From Candidatus Latescibacterota bacterium (GTDB lineage: Bacteria > Latescibacterota > UBA2968 > SICM01), in the NCBI GenBank assembly GCA_965217865.1, contig CBDCJO010000002.1, forward strand, positions 5,088,001 through 5,152,000: a DNA stretch of 64,000 nt. The letters are read 5' to 3'. The notes under the pieces are model-generated. The model did not search any database. It was not told where the DNA came from and worked only from the letters and a program-made list of their open reading frames with translations. This document shows positions 10,989-20,192 of the stretch, one piece after another; positions within the stretch are counted from its first letter, which is position 1, and each line of letters opens with the position of its first letter. The translations under genes and the position numbers were made by a program.

Positions 10989-11022
10989 AAAAAACTCAGG
11001 GGCGCCATCTTTGCGCCCCGAG
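10989..11022 (-). terminator. Rho-independent terminator after archease
   Basis: Minus strand CTCGGGGCGC-AAAGATG-GCGCCCCTGAG followed by TTTTTT. Confidence 0.7.
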
Positions 11023-11025
11023 TCG

Positions 11026-11448
11026 TTAAACGTCGAAGATTACGGACCCCCGCCAAATTCCCTGGACCTGCTCCACACGCAGTTCGTGGTAGGTTACGGC
11101 CTTCAGTTCCCTGTAGAGTTCGTGGCGTTTCGGATCATAGACCTCTCCTGAAGCCTGACCCGATAAGGTCCGATGTGAACGCATCCGGACCTGGAAATAT
11201 TTAAGAACAATCAGGTCGGTCTCAAACCGGAAGAGGAGCTCTCGCAGCCAGTCGGCGAACAGCTCCTCGAGGGTTTCAGCCTCTAGATCAACCCGGATTT
11301 CTTCCCGTGATTCGATCCCGTTCAGGTCCCCGATCAGGTCGAACATTCCAAACGCGGCATCCTCGAACAGGCCCTCGAGCGAGGCGTTCTCGACGGCAAT
11401 GCCGATGTCGGCCGTATGATCGAAAATCCGGTACCTGGTTCTGGACAT
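11026..11448 (-). CDS. Archease
   Basis: DHTAD N-terminal motif, KAVTYH and terminal IFDV. Confidence 0.95.
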   Translation of the reverse strand: MSRTRYRIFDHTADIGIAVENASLEGLFEDAAFGMFDLIGDLNGIESREEIRVDLEAETLEELFADWLRELLFRFETDLIVLKYFQVRMRSHRTLSGQASGEVYDPKRHELYRELKAVTYHELRVEQVQGIWRGSVIFDV

Positions 11449-11543
11449 CCCTCCAAGGCCGTCAAACGGGTATGGAACCCTGAGCGACTATTTCGGGTGA
11501 GGGCGACTTGAACTCCCCGGTATTGATATATTGGCCAGCGCGC

Positions 11544-12350
11544 TCATCGAATACCCAGGACATCCCGCATGTCGTAGAGCCCAGTGCCCGCTGTTACAAC
11601 GAACCGGACAGCTCGAAGGGCTCCGGATGCGAATGCGTCCCGGCTTTGCACCCGATGAGCGAACTCTATCCGCTCACCCCCGCCTATGAACATCACCGTG
11701 TGATCACCCACTATGTCCCCACCCCTGACGGCGTGGATGCCGATTTCCTCCGGTTTTCTCTTTCCTGTGGCGCCTTCCCGCCCGTAGACGGCCACCCCTT
11801 TAAGCTCCCGATCCAGCCCACGAGCCGCGGCATCGGCAAGGGCAAGGGCTGTCCCACTGGGTGCGTCCGTTTTGAGGTGATGGTGCATCTCGACGACCTC
11901 CACTTCGAAGCCGTCCCCTAGGACCTTCGCGGCTTCCTCGACAAGGCCGGTCAAGAGGGTGACGCCGGCAGTGAAGTTGGGCGCGAAGACGCATGGTATG
12001 TTCGCTACGTTCTGTTTAAAGGCTGTCACCTGATCCACATCCATTCCTGTCGTCCCCACCACCATCGATTTTCCCAAACGCCCGGCGACTTTCGAGGCCG
12101 CAAGGGTCCCGTCCGGGGGCGCGGTGAAGGCGATTATCACGTCCCCTCGGTCGATCACCTTTTCGAGGTCATCCACAACGGGTGCATCGATGTGCCCGGC
12201 CCCGACGAGATCACCCGCATCTTTGCCGATGGACGGATGTCCTGGGTTCTCCACACCGGCGACGACCCGAAGGTCGTCGCTCTGAAGCGACAGGTGGGCG
12301 AGTCGGCCTCCCATCTGACCCCCGATGCCGCAGATGACAACCCTGATCAT
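11544..12350 (-). CDS. dapB: 4-hydroxy-tetrahydrodipicolinate reductase
   Basis: GTTG, APNF, EMHHHLKTDAPSGTA, RGGDIVGDH. Confidence 0.95.
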   Translation of the reverse strand: MIRVVICGIGGQMGGRLAHLSLQSDDLRVVAGVENPGHPSIGKDAGDLVGAGHIDAPVVDDLEKVIDRGDVIIAFTAPPDGTLAASKVAGRLGKSMVVGTTGMDVDQVTAFKQNVANIPCVFAPNFTAGVTLLTGLVEEAAKVLGDGFEVEVVEMHHHLKTDAPSGTALALADAAARGLDRELKGVAVYGREGATGKRKPEEIGIHAVRGGDIVGDHTVMFIGGGERIEFAHRVQSRDAFASGALRAVRFVVTAGTGLYDMRDVLGIR

Positions 12351-12371
12351 AGCGTTCCCCTGTCTGTTTGA

Positions 12372-14183
12372 TTAACCGTGCAGGCGTTTTTCAAGGGCGT
12401 CGATTTCAACGTTCAACACATCGGGCAAACGATCTCCGAATTGGGCGTAATATTCACGGATCGGGTCTATCTCGGAAAGCCAGTCCTCAGGCCGGACGGT
12501 CAGGAGTTCTTCCATGTCGGATTCAGGGATGTCCAATCCGTTAAGGTCCAGGGAATCCCTCGTTGGCACCAGACCGATCGGCGTTTCCACGGCATTCGCC
12601 TTTCCCTCGATCCGTTCACAGATCCACTTGAGAACCCGGCTGTTTTCCCCGAATCCGGGCCACAGCCAGTTGCCTTCTTTATCCTTTCGGAACCAATTCA
12701 CATAAAAGATCCTCGGTGTATTTTTTCCGAGCTTTCTCCCCATGTCCAGCCAATGCTTGAAATAGTCGCCCATGTTATAACCGCAAAATGGGAGCATTGC
12801 GAATGGATCACGTCGTAGCTTACCGACCGCTCCGGCCGCGGCGGCGGTGGTTTCGGATGCCATGATGGAGCCCAGGAAGACCCCGTGCGTCCAATTAAAG
12901 GCCTCGTGAACCAGCGGTACCACACCAGAACGTCGTCCCCCGAAGATGAAGGCCGATACGGGGACGCCGTCCGGATTTTCCCAATCCGGATCTATGATCG
13001 GACACTGAGAAGCGGGCGTGGTATACCTTGCGTTGGGATTAGAGGCTTTGTCCGAGGAACCGGGCTCCCAAGGTCGGCCGTGCCAGTCCACAAGACGGGC
13101 GGGCGGATCCGGGGTCATCCCCTCCCACCAGACGTCCCCTTCCGGGGTAGAGGCGGTATTGGTAAAGAGGCTGTTTTTTGACAACGTGACCATCGCGTTG
13201 GCGTTCGACTCTTCGCTTGTCCCGGGCGCGACGCCGAAAAATCCGGATTCCGGGTTTATCGCATAGAGCCGGCCGTCTTGGCCCTGCCGCATCCAGGCGA
13301 TGTCATCCCCAACACACCCCGCGTGCCAATCCGATACGGTGGGCTGGAGCATGGCCATGTTGGTCTTCCCGCAGGCCGAGGGGAAGGCGCCTCCGATGTA
13401 GTATTTTTTCCCTTCGGGTGAGGTCAGCCCAAGAATCAGCATATGCTCCGCCATCCATCCTTCGGCCCGCGCCATGGTCGATGCGATTCGAAGTGCAAAA
13501 CACTTTTTCCCAAGCAGTGCATTCCCTCCGTAACCCGAGCCATAGGACCAGATGGAGGGTTCTTCCGGAAAATGGACGATGTATTTGCTATCGGGATTGC
13601 AGGGCCACGGGACGTCTTTCCGGCCGGGTTCCAGGGGTGCGCCCACAGAGTGTAAGCAGGGAAGAAATTCACCGTCACCCATGGCCTCCAAAGCCCTGTC
13701 CCCCATGCGTGTTATGATTCTCAAACTGCACACGACGTATGGTGAGTCCGTCACTTCCACACCGATCTTTGAACTGTGTGCTCCCACTGGGCCCATCGAA
13801 AAAGGAACCACATACATGGTCCTGCCTCTCATGGAACCTCCGAAAAGGCCGAGAAGGAGACTTTTCATTTCCTCTGGATCGTGCCAATTATTGGTCGGGC
13901 CCGCGTCCTGTTGATTTTGGGTGCAGATAAACGTGCGATCTTCAACCCTGGCCACGTCTCCGGGGTCGGAACGAATGATGAAACTGTTGGGCCTCCGTTG
14001 TTCGTTCAACCGTGTAAATGTACCGTTCCGGCACATCATCTCGGCGAGCCGGTCATACTCCTCCTGCGAGCCGTCACACCAGTGAATCCCATCGGGATTA
14101 CAAAGGGCGGCCATTTCCTCAACCCAGTCGAGCAATTTCGAATTGGTCGTTTTTTGCTTCTGCATATCCCCGTCTCGTGTCAA
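12372..14183 (-). CDS. pckG: Phosphoenolpyruvate carboxykinase (GTP)
   Basis: [59 protein letters not shown]; start TTG 14183 or ATG 14165. Confidence 0.96.
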   Translation of the reverse strand: MTRDGDMQKQKTTNSKLLDWVEEMAALCNPDGIHWCDGSQEEYDRLAEMMCRNGTFTRLNEQRRPNSFIIRSDPGDVARVEDRTFICTQNQQDAGPTNNWHDPEEMKSLLLGLFGGSMRGRTMYVVPFSMGPVGAHSSKIGVEVTDSPYVVCSLRIITRMGDRALEAMGDGEFLPCLHSVGAPLEPGRKDVPWPCNPDSKYIVHFPEEPSIWSYGSGYGGNALLGKKCFALRIASTMARAEGWMAEHMLILGLTSPEGKKYYIGGAFPSACGKTNMAMLQPTVSDWHAGCVGDDIAWMRQGQDGRLYAINPESGFFGVAPGTSEESNANAMVTLSKNSLFTNTASTPEGDVWWEGMTPDPPARLVDWHGRPWEPGSSDKASNPNARYTTPASQCPIIDPDWENPDGVPVSAFIFGGRRSGVVPLVHEAFNWTHGVFLGSIMASETTAAAAGAVGKLRRDPFAMLPFCGYNMGDYFKHWLDMGRKLGKNTPRIFYVNWFRKDKEGNWLWPGFGENSRVLKWICERIEGKANAVETPIGLVPTRDSLDLNGLDIPESDMEELLTVRPEDWLSEIDPIREYYAQFGDRLPDVLNVEIDALEKRLHG

Positions 14184-15214
14184 TCGGAATAGGCCAGTCC
14201 TTCGAGTACGGATCGATCCTCGAGCCGTTTGGAAATATCGACTTTGAAGTGGTCCTCCACAGGTGCAAAGATCTCGGGATTTTGGGCCTGGACTGTTCGG
14301 GCAATGTTCAAAACCTTTTCAAGGCCGCTTCGGTTCATCTTTCCCAGGGGTCGCCTGCAGGGTCCGGCTCGCATACCCAGAATATTCATTAAGGACTTGA
14401 CCGGAAGGGGATTTCGGGCTTTTACCTCAGTGTTTCCAAAGGGTGTTTTCTCCTCAGACTTCACCCCGACCATGCCGAACACGGGTCGCAACCCTTCGAG
14501 AAGCCTTTCGCCGGTCGCACGGTCCCCGTTCCGGAGTGCGGATATGAATTCCTGAACGGCCTTCGGAACGACGTTTGAAATAACTGAAATCACACCGCCA
14601 GCAGAAATGTCTGGCCTGGTCATCATGTCGAATGTCTTGTCGTCGTCTCCCGACAGGATATTGTAATTCTTTCCGCAGAGCTTCCGGGTTCGGGCCATAT
14701 TATTCAGATCTCCCGTGGCCTCTTTCACAGTACCTACATTGGGATGCTTCTCATATAGAATAGCCAGATCTTCCGGCAACAGCTGGCACCCGGTCCTTCC
14801 GGGGATGACATACGGGATGATCTGAATCTCCGGAAAGGCCTTTGCGACGGGTTCGACGTATTCTCGTCTGATCTCAATCGAGCTGGGACCATTGTAGTAG
14901 GGGTCTACAAGGAGGACAGAGTCTGCCCCGGATTGGGCGGCGTGCTCAGTTCCTCTCAGGGTCTCCTCAGTAGAGTTGCTCCCGGTCCCTGCAATCGCCT
15001 GTCCGTGCCCTTTTACCAGACGACAGACCGTATCGGTTACCTGGTTGTGTTCTTCCCAGGTAAGGGTCGGACTTTCACCCGTTGTACCAACGGCCAGGAG
15101 GCCCTGCACACCCGATTCGATCTGATACCCGATCAGGCTTTCAAGGCTCGCTTCATCCACGGTCCTGTCAGATTTGAACGGTGTGATCAACGCTGTATAG
15201 CATCCACCGAACAT
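14180..15214 (-). CDS. dapA: 4-hydroxy-tetrahydrodipicolinate synthase
   Basis: [48 protein letters not shown]; start MFGG at 15214 with GGAGG RBS. Confidence 0.93.
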   Translation of the reverse strand: MFGGCYTALITPFKSDRTVDEASLESLIGYQIESGVQGLLAVGTTGESPTLTWEEHNQVTDTVCRLVKGHGQAIAGTGSNSTEETLRGTEHAAQSGADSVLLVDPYYNGPSSIEIRREYVEPVAKAFPEIQIIPYVIPGRTGCQLLPEDLAILYEKHPNVGTVKEATGDLNNMARTRKLCGKNYNILSGDDDKTFDMMTRPDISAGGVISVISNVVPKAVQEFISALRNGDRATGERLLEGLRPVFGMVGVKSEEKTPFGNTEVKARNPLPVKSLMNILGMRAGPCRRPLGKMNRSGLEKVLNIARTVQAQNPEIFAPVEDHFKVDISKRLEDRSVLEGLAYSD

Positions 15215-15375
15215 GGGGAACCTCCATAATAAAGCGTAAAGCGCCGGATTTAGCGATTGTCCGAATAGGTGTCTACAACGATTCGCGATACATGACTTAC
15301 GGAACCGTGGAAGCATTGTCAAGAGGAAAAGCATAAAGGAAATTCAACGTATCCACATCCCGCAGCTCTTTTTAT

Positions 15376-15403
15376 TAAAGAAGTTGGGGAGACTTGCCGA
15401 TAT
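15376..15403 (+). promoter_or_regulatory. Sigma28 (FliA/SigD)-type promoter
   Basis: TAAA(15376)-N16-GCCGATAT(15396-15403) matches the SigD consensus. Confidence 0.6.
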
Positions 15404-15541
15404 TACGAACAGGCGGATTGTTTTCGCCTGCAAGCCGGTCGGGAATGTGATGCTTCAGCCAAAAATTGGCCTCGTGGACCTCCCACCTCGAGCCTTTAGC
15501 TCAGGTCCTTCGGGGGACGTGTCAGATTGGAGGGAATCGAC

Positions 15542-16042
15542 ATGCCCAGCGGGATCGGAGCCCCCATCGCCTTTCCCCCCATCACGAATTCCACAGGGAC
15601 TTATACCTCCAGCGGTCAAGCAGGAATCAGCAGTCATATCGGCATCGGCATAACCGAGATCACACCCCCGGACATCGTCGAGATATCTGCCGGGGCGTCA
15701 GGCCAGACCGGGAGTTCCCCGGGCGGGACCGTTCGCACGTATTCACCCCAGTCTCTTTCGGATCGATTCGGTTACGAGATCAGTAACGGGTTTTTCAGGC
15801 AGGGAGGGAGACTCCTGACCAACACAGTCCGTAGCGGGTCTCAAGCTGCGGCTACCTACAGGTCCAGGGGCCAGGCAGGTCGGCTCTTCGTTGGGAAGGA
15901 ATTTGCGGGCCTACACGGAGCGATCTTTTCCCTCCGATACCAGGGCGCCTCGCCAGATGGGAACGGGATCCTGAACCGACAGGCAATCAATGAGTTCAGA
16001 CGAATCGCTTCACAGAACTTACCCCTTCTGTCCACCCTTTGA
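15542..16042 (+). CDS. Hypothetical protein downstream of the sigma28-type promoter
   Basis: GGAGGG RBS before ATG 15542; low-complexity N-terminus and a DIVEIS motif. Confidence 0.6.
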   Translation: MPSGIGAPIAFPPITNSTGTYTSSGQAGISSHIGIGITEITPPDIVEISAGASGQTGSSPGGTVRTYSPQSLSDRFGYEISNGFFRQGGRLLTNTVRSGSQAAATYRSRGQAGRLFVGKEFAGLHGAIFSLRYQGASPDGNGILNRQAINEFRRIASQNLPLLSTL

Positions 16043-16148
16043 CACCGTACGCATCTTACCGCGACGCCTACCTCTATCACCGGCTCCCTTCCAGTTCTCC
16101 TGGTCTCCAATCAGCATTCCCAGTATTCCCCTTCAATCCATCCCTTAG

Positions 16149-17674
16149 CAGCCCGTTGAAGAACTACCTTTCAACGCACATAAACGGAAAAGACGCCTGG
16201 AGTGCGGGTCAGATAAATCAAGGTAAGGAGATTGAGCAGGAGACGCTGATAAGAGGTTAAAAAGGTGACCGAGGGCAGCAAACGTGATTGTAGGACGAGC
16301 AGTAGACGCTGCAAGGCCTTGGCCAGGTCCTGGAGGGCCTTCGGAGTACCTACGCCCATCACTTTGCGCATGAGCAGAGCCAGGTTGCAGCCCCCGATGT
16401 GGATCAGCAAACGCTTGAGGATATTGCCGCGGTCTCTCAAGTGCAACCTGCGCATGCCACCGGTATCATATGTGTGAGCGATGGTTCTTTCCACCCGTTC
16501 TGCACGACTTCGGCGCAAGACCTTGCCGCGATCTCCCTTGATCCGGCGTCGATTCGCATATACCGCGGCCTGCTCATCTCGTCGGCCGTTCCACTTGCGG
16601 CGTCCCCGATCCGGTTCTGAAATGTAACTCCGGATGCCGCCTTGCTTCAGACTGGTCAATACATCGTTGCTATGATATCCTTTGTCCGCAACCACCTCCC
16701 GTATACGCTGTCTGTGCAAACGTTTGGCAGCTTTTTCGTCCTTCGCGACCTGCTTGAGATTGAGCTGCGCCTCGAGCAGCGTCCAGGGCAACGACTCGGT
16801 ATCTCCTTCATCTGCTCCCGACAACGCCACTGCCACAATGGCATTGGTGTCCAGATCCACCGCGTGCTCCACCTTGTGCGCCATGTGCGTGCGACCGTCC
16901 TTCATCTTAGCGATCTTGGCATCCGGGTCGTGCGGGTGCTCCCAGTCCTGGTTCGATCCCTTCTTCGGTCGCTTCTTATCGATCTTGGACAAGTCCTCGC
17001 GGGTAGGCGTTTCAATGCCCGAGGCCTTGGCCAGATTCTCAAGGAATGCCTGGTAGCCTTCACCCGTGTCACGGCGTACAATGCTGCGCATCGCGGCGTT
17101 GGCCTCCAGTGTCGTAGCATCCACGCCCAACGTCTTCCCCTTCACCAGACCCGCTTTGCACAAGACCCTCAGGATCCACTTGAAAACCGCTTCGTGAACT
17201 TCCAAGGGAAGCCGATGCCGGATGCGAGACAGGCTGGAATGATCCGGGGTCTGTTCGTCAAGGGCATACCCCAAAAACCGGCGCAACGTCAGCGAGTCAG
17301 ATACACGCCATTCGATCCCACGTTCCGAATCAAGTCCCTCGAAATACCCAATCAAAAGCATCCGAAAATAAACCCCGGGCGGAATGCCCTTGCGACCCAT
17401 ATGAGGAGCGTAATACCGCTGGCAAAGCCCCTCGACGAACTCGTCGAAGCCGTTCGCCCCCAATACCTGATTCAGCTTCTCGTAGAACGGATGACCCGGA
17501 AATTTCACCAAAGTGTTCGATGCGATGAACAGGTTTTCCTGTCTCTGTCGTCCTCGTTTTCCCATTGCCATTTGCTCGTCCTCCCTTCTCAGTTTGAACC
17601 TGATATATCATAGGACCAAACCACAAGGAAAGACAATAGTCATCTTGGCATAAACGCACTTTTTCAACAGGCTG
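16149..17674 (-). mobile_element. IS5/IS1182-like insertion sequence, copy 1
   Basis: Terminal IRs CAGCCCGTTGAAGAA / TTTTTCAACAGGCTG; flanking TTAG duplication; near-identical copy at 56409-57934. Confidence 0.95.
16171..17571 (-). CDS. DDE transposase (DUF772-type N-terminus)
   Basis: GRKGIPP, SERGIE, PDHSSLSR, VDATTLEANA, VADKGY, R..VER motifs. Confidence 0.93.
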   Translation of the reverse strand: MAMGKRGRQRQENLFIASNTLVKFPGHPFYEKLNQVLGANGFDEFVEGLCQRYYAPHMGRKGIPPGVYFRMLLIGYFEGLDSERGIEWRVSDSLTLRRFLGYALDEQTPDHSSLSRIRHRLPLEVHEAVFKWILRVLCKAGLVKGKTLGVDATTLEANAAMRSIVRRDTGEGYQAFLENLAKASGIETPTREDLSKIDKKRPKKGSNQDWEHPHDPDAKIAKMKDGRTHMAHKVEHAVDLDTNAIVAVALSGADEGDTESLPWTLLEAQLNLKQVAKDEKAAKRLHRQRIREVVADKGYHSNDVLTSLKQGGIRSYISEPDRGRRKWNGRRDEQAAVYANRRRIKGDRGKVLRRSRAERVERTIAHTYDTGGMRRLHLRDRGNILKRLLIHIGGCNLALLMRKVMGVGTPKALQDLAKALQRLLLVLQSRLLPSVTFLTSYQRLLLNLLTLIYLTRTPGVFSVYVR

Positions 17675-17735
17675 TTAGGGGTGGTCGTTGATGTTTAACT
17701 TGCATGCTTTTTCTCGAATCGATCGGGTTTGTGTC

Positions 17736-17764
17736 TTGACAGTCCTTAAACCCGTGGGTATATT
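17736..17764 (+). promoter_or_regulatory. Sigma70-type promoter
   Basis: TTGACA-N17-TATATT upstream of the small ORF at 17801. Confidence 0.65.
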
Positions 17765-18011
17765 TTTGATAACTTCACACATTCAAAAAAGGATCCACCT
17801 GTGGAAGACGATAAGATTCCAAACTTTCTCCTGCCTTTAAGCCCGGAGGAAAAGAAGAAAGCGAAAGAATACGCAATTAGAACTCAAGGGCTTGACTTTT
17901 GGTCCCTTGTTGGTTATATTTCCCCCACTTTGAGCGGCGAAACGCCTGACTGGCCAAGCCGGACTAGGGTTTCGTTAGTCTGATTGGCCACGCTAAAGGG
18001 AGGACTGCACA

Positions 18012-19151
18012 ATGGATTTTATCGACGAAGTTCGGACGCGCTCATCTCGTTTCGCACAGCGGACTGAGCATTTTAACGATCAGGAATCCACCGAGGAATC
18101 AACCAAAACCTCGCTCGTTTTACCGTTCATTCAGATGCTTGGCTACGACATATTCAATCCTGCTGAAGTTCTTCCCGAATTCACGGCGGATATTGGAACC
18201 AAGAAAGGCGAGAAAGTGGATTTTGCACTAATGCAGGACGGCCACCCCATAATACTTATCGAGTGCAAGAAACTGGGAACAACGCTCTCTAGCGATACTG
18301 TGTCCCAGCTGCTTCGGTATTTTGGCGTTACGGAATCGCATGTCGGCATATTGACGGACGGTATCTTTTACCGGTTCTTTTCCGATCTTGATCAGTCAAA
18401 TGTCATGGACCCTCGCCCGTTTTTTGAATTCAATATGCTCGACTTCACCGAGATCCAGGTGAAGGAATTAAAAAGATTTACCAAAGACGAGTTTGACAAA
18501 TCGTCGATCATCGGCGCGGCAAGAGAATTAAGATACACCGCCGAGATCAAAGGTCTGCTGGCACGGGAATTAATGAAACCTTCGGACGACTTTGTGAGAT
18601 ATGTCATCCGTCAGGTTTATGAAGGAAGGGTTTCGGTGGCATCCCGTAATATGTTTAAGGAGCTTACTTTTTCTGCCTTTAACCAATTCATAAGCGACAA
18701 AATACAGGACCGTCTGGCAAGTGCGCTAAAACAGGAAGGCGACGCAGCACAGGAGCAGCGGCCCGACAAAATTTCAGAAAAAGAAACTCCCGAGTTTGCA
18801 CCGGCCGAACTTGCCGCGCTAAACACCGTAAAAGCTATCTTGGGCGGCATTGTGAATGCTAGCCATCTCGGTTTAAGGCAAGCCAAGCGCTACTGTTCGG
18901 TTGTGCTGCATCGCAGTCCCGAAAAGAAAGATTACGGGACCGTCCTATTCCATTTGTATGCGAGGCGCCCTGAGTCTGTAAAGGTGAAGGGGCCGGGAGT
19001 CACACCTATCGCACTCGATACGATTGAAGACCTTTTTGCACACACAGACCACTTACGCAAGTTCGTCCAGGAAAACGAAGCGATCGCTGCGCCAGCCTCG
19101 GATCATGCAACACCGCCCGTTGAAATCATTACGCAAAGCACCCCATCATGA
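18012..19151 (+). CDS. HsdR N-terminal-like / PD-(D/E)xK restriction-endonuclease-family protein (COG4748-like)
   Basis: TEESTKTSLVLPFIQMLGYDIFNP, EFTADIG..KGEKVDFA, IECK, QLLRYF, ILTDG; GGGAGG RBS. Confidence 0.85.
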   Translation: MDFIDEVRTRSSRFAQRTEHFNDQESTEESTKTSLVLPFIQMLGYDIFNPAEVLPEFTADIGTKKGEKVDFALMQDGHPIILIECKKLGTTLSSDTVSQLLRYFGVTESHVGILTDGIFYRFFSDLDQSNVMDPRPFFEFNMLDFTEIQVKELKRFTKDEFDKSSIIGAARELRYTAEIKGLLARELMKPSDDFVRYVIRQVYEGRVSVASRNMFKELTFSAFNQFISDKIQDRLASALKQEGDAAQEQRPDKISEKETPEFAPAELAALNTVKAILGGIVNASHLGLRQAKRYCSVVLHRSPEKKDYGTVLFHLYARRPESVKVKGPGVTPIALDTIEDLFAHTDHLRKFVQENEAIAAPASDHATPPVEIITQSTPS

Positions 19152-20013
19152 ACGTATCAAATGTCCGCTTGTTCTTGCGGTTATTGTATTTGTAGCAGGC
19201 TTCAGCCACGTAGAACGGCGTGTATCGCTTCGTATAGTGATGATGGGAACCGTACCAGGCACGCTTGAGTAAAGACCACACGCCTTCAATCGTGTTGGTA
19301 TGTATATCACCGTCCGCGTAATGCCTGGCGTGGTGGATCACCGCGTGATCCATGATTTGCCTTACGGCGTTGTAGGCCCCGAATTCGTCCGTGACAAGCA
19401 TCGACTCCGAAGGGTCTATCGCCTGCTTGATGAAGGCCAGAACTCCCCTGCCCGACAGATCGTCCGCCACGCGGGCAACTACCTTCCCGCCGCGTTCCAC
19501 GGCTCCTATAACCGGAGTCTTGCTGGTTCCGCGTCCCCTGGGAGCGTTGCCGCCGCCATCCGACCGTCTGTTGCGTTTCCTGGGCTTGCCTCCGACGTAG
19601 GTCTCATCGGCTTCGACGATCCCTCGCAACAATACCTTCCCCTGCCTTGTTGCCATCTCGGCACGAATCCGCTGTTGCATGTACCATGCAGACCGTTGCG
19701 TAAGGTTCAGGTCCCGGGCAAGCTGGCAACTGGACAGGCTTTTCTTGGCGTTCACGATCAAGGCGATCGCCATAAACCACTTCTGAAGCGGAAGGTGCGT
19801 TTTCTGAAATATTGTCCCGGAAAGGACGTTGAAGCTGGACTTGCAGGCATGGCAGTTCCAACGCCCGACGCGGTTTCCCTCTTTCTTCTGGGCGCACTCC
19901 CCAACCGCCCCACACAGCGGACAAAACGGATCACTTCCGAACCGCACCCGCTCCAGATGCTCAATGCACGATTCCTGCGTCGGGAACTTTTCAATCGCCG
20001 TCAACAAGTTCAT
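19129..20013 (-). CDS. IS1595 family (ISXO2-like) transposase
   Basis: Zn ribbon CPLC..CHAC, VEADETYVGG, TDEFGAY, HTNTIEGVWSLLKR, Y..E..Y.YN.R. Confidence 0.95.
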   Translation of the reverse strand: MNLLTAIEKFPTQESCIEHLERVRFGSDPFCPLCGAVGECAQKKEGNRVGRWNCHACKSSFNVLSGTIFQKTHLPLQKWFMAIALIVNAKKSLSSCQLARDLNLTQRSAWYMQQRIRAEMATRQGKVLLRGIVEADETYVGGKPRKRNRRSDGGGNAPRGRGTSKTPVIGAVERGGKVVARVADDLSGRGVLAFIKQAIDPSESMLVTDEFGAYNAVRQIMDHAVIHHARHYADGDIHTNTIEGVWSLLKRAWYGSHHHYTKRYTPFYVAEACYKYNNRKNKRTFDTFMMGCFA

Positions 20014-20192
20014 TTTCCTTTCTCCCTTTTTTTGGTTAAGTTGGTTGTTTTCACTACACTTAATATAACCAAAAAAGGGTTGAAAGTCAAGCCCTTAAAT
20101 TCTAATTGCGTTCTTTTTTATCCTGCCGATACCCGCCGCCGGTCCGACCCTTTGGCGTTGCCATCCCCGATTCGTTTTTTATATTCGCATCC

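Larger units (their letters stand above)
17874..20108. mobile_element. IS1595-family element carrying a passenger gene
   Basis: 47-bp imperfect terminal IRs (17874-17920 and 20062-20108, 39/47 identical) enclosing a convergent nuclease gene and transposase. Confidence 0.85.

Noticed and set aside
15215-15370. Lysine riboswitch upstream of dapA
   Set aside because: The leader is short after a TTGACA promoter and lacks the AGAGG..GAAAGG..CGCCGAA pattern
16642-17613. 323-aa plus-strand ORF in the IS (also 56902-57873)
   Set aside because: Antisense shadow of the transposase with no recognisable motifs; conserved only because the IS is duplicated
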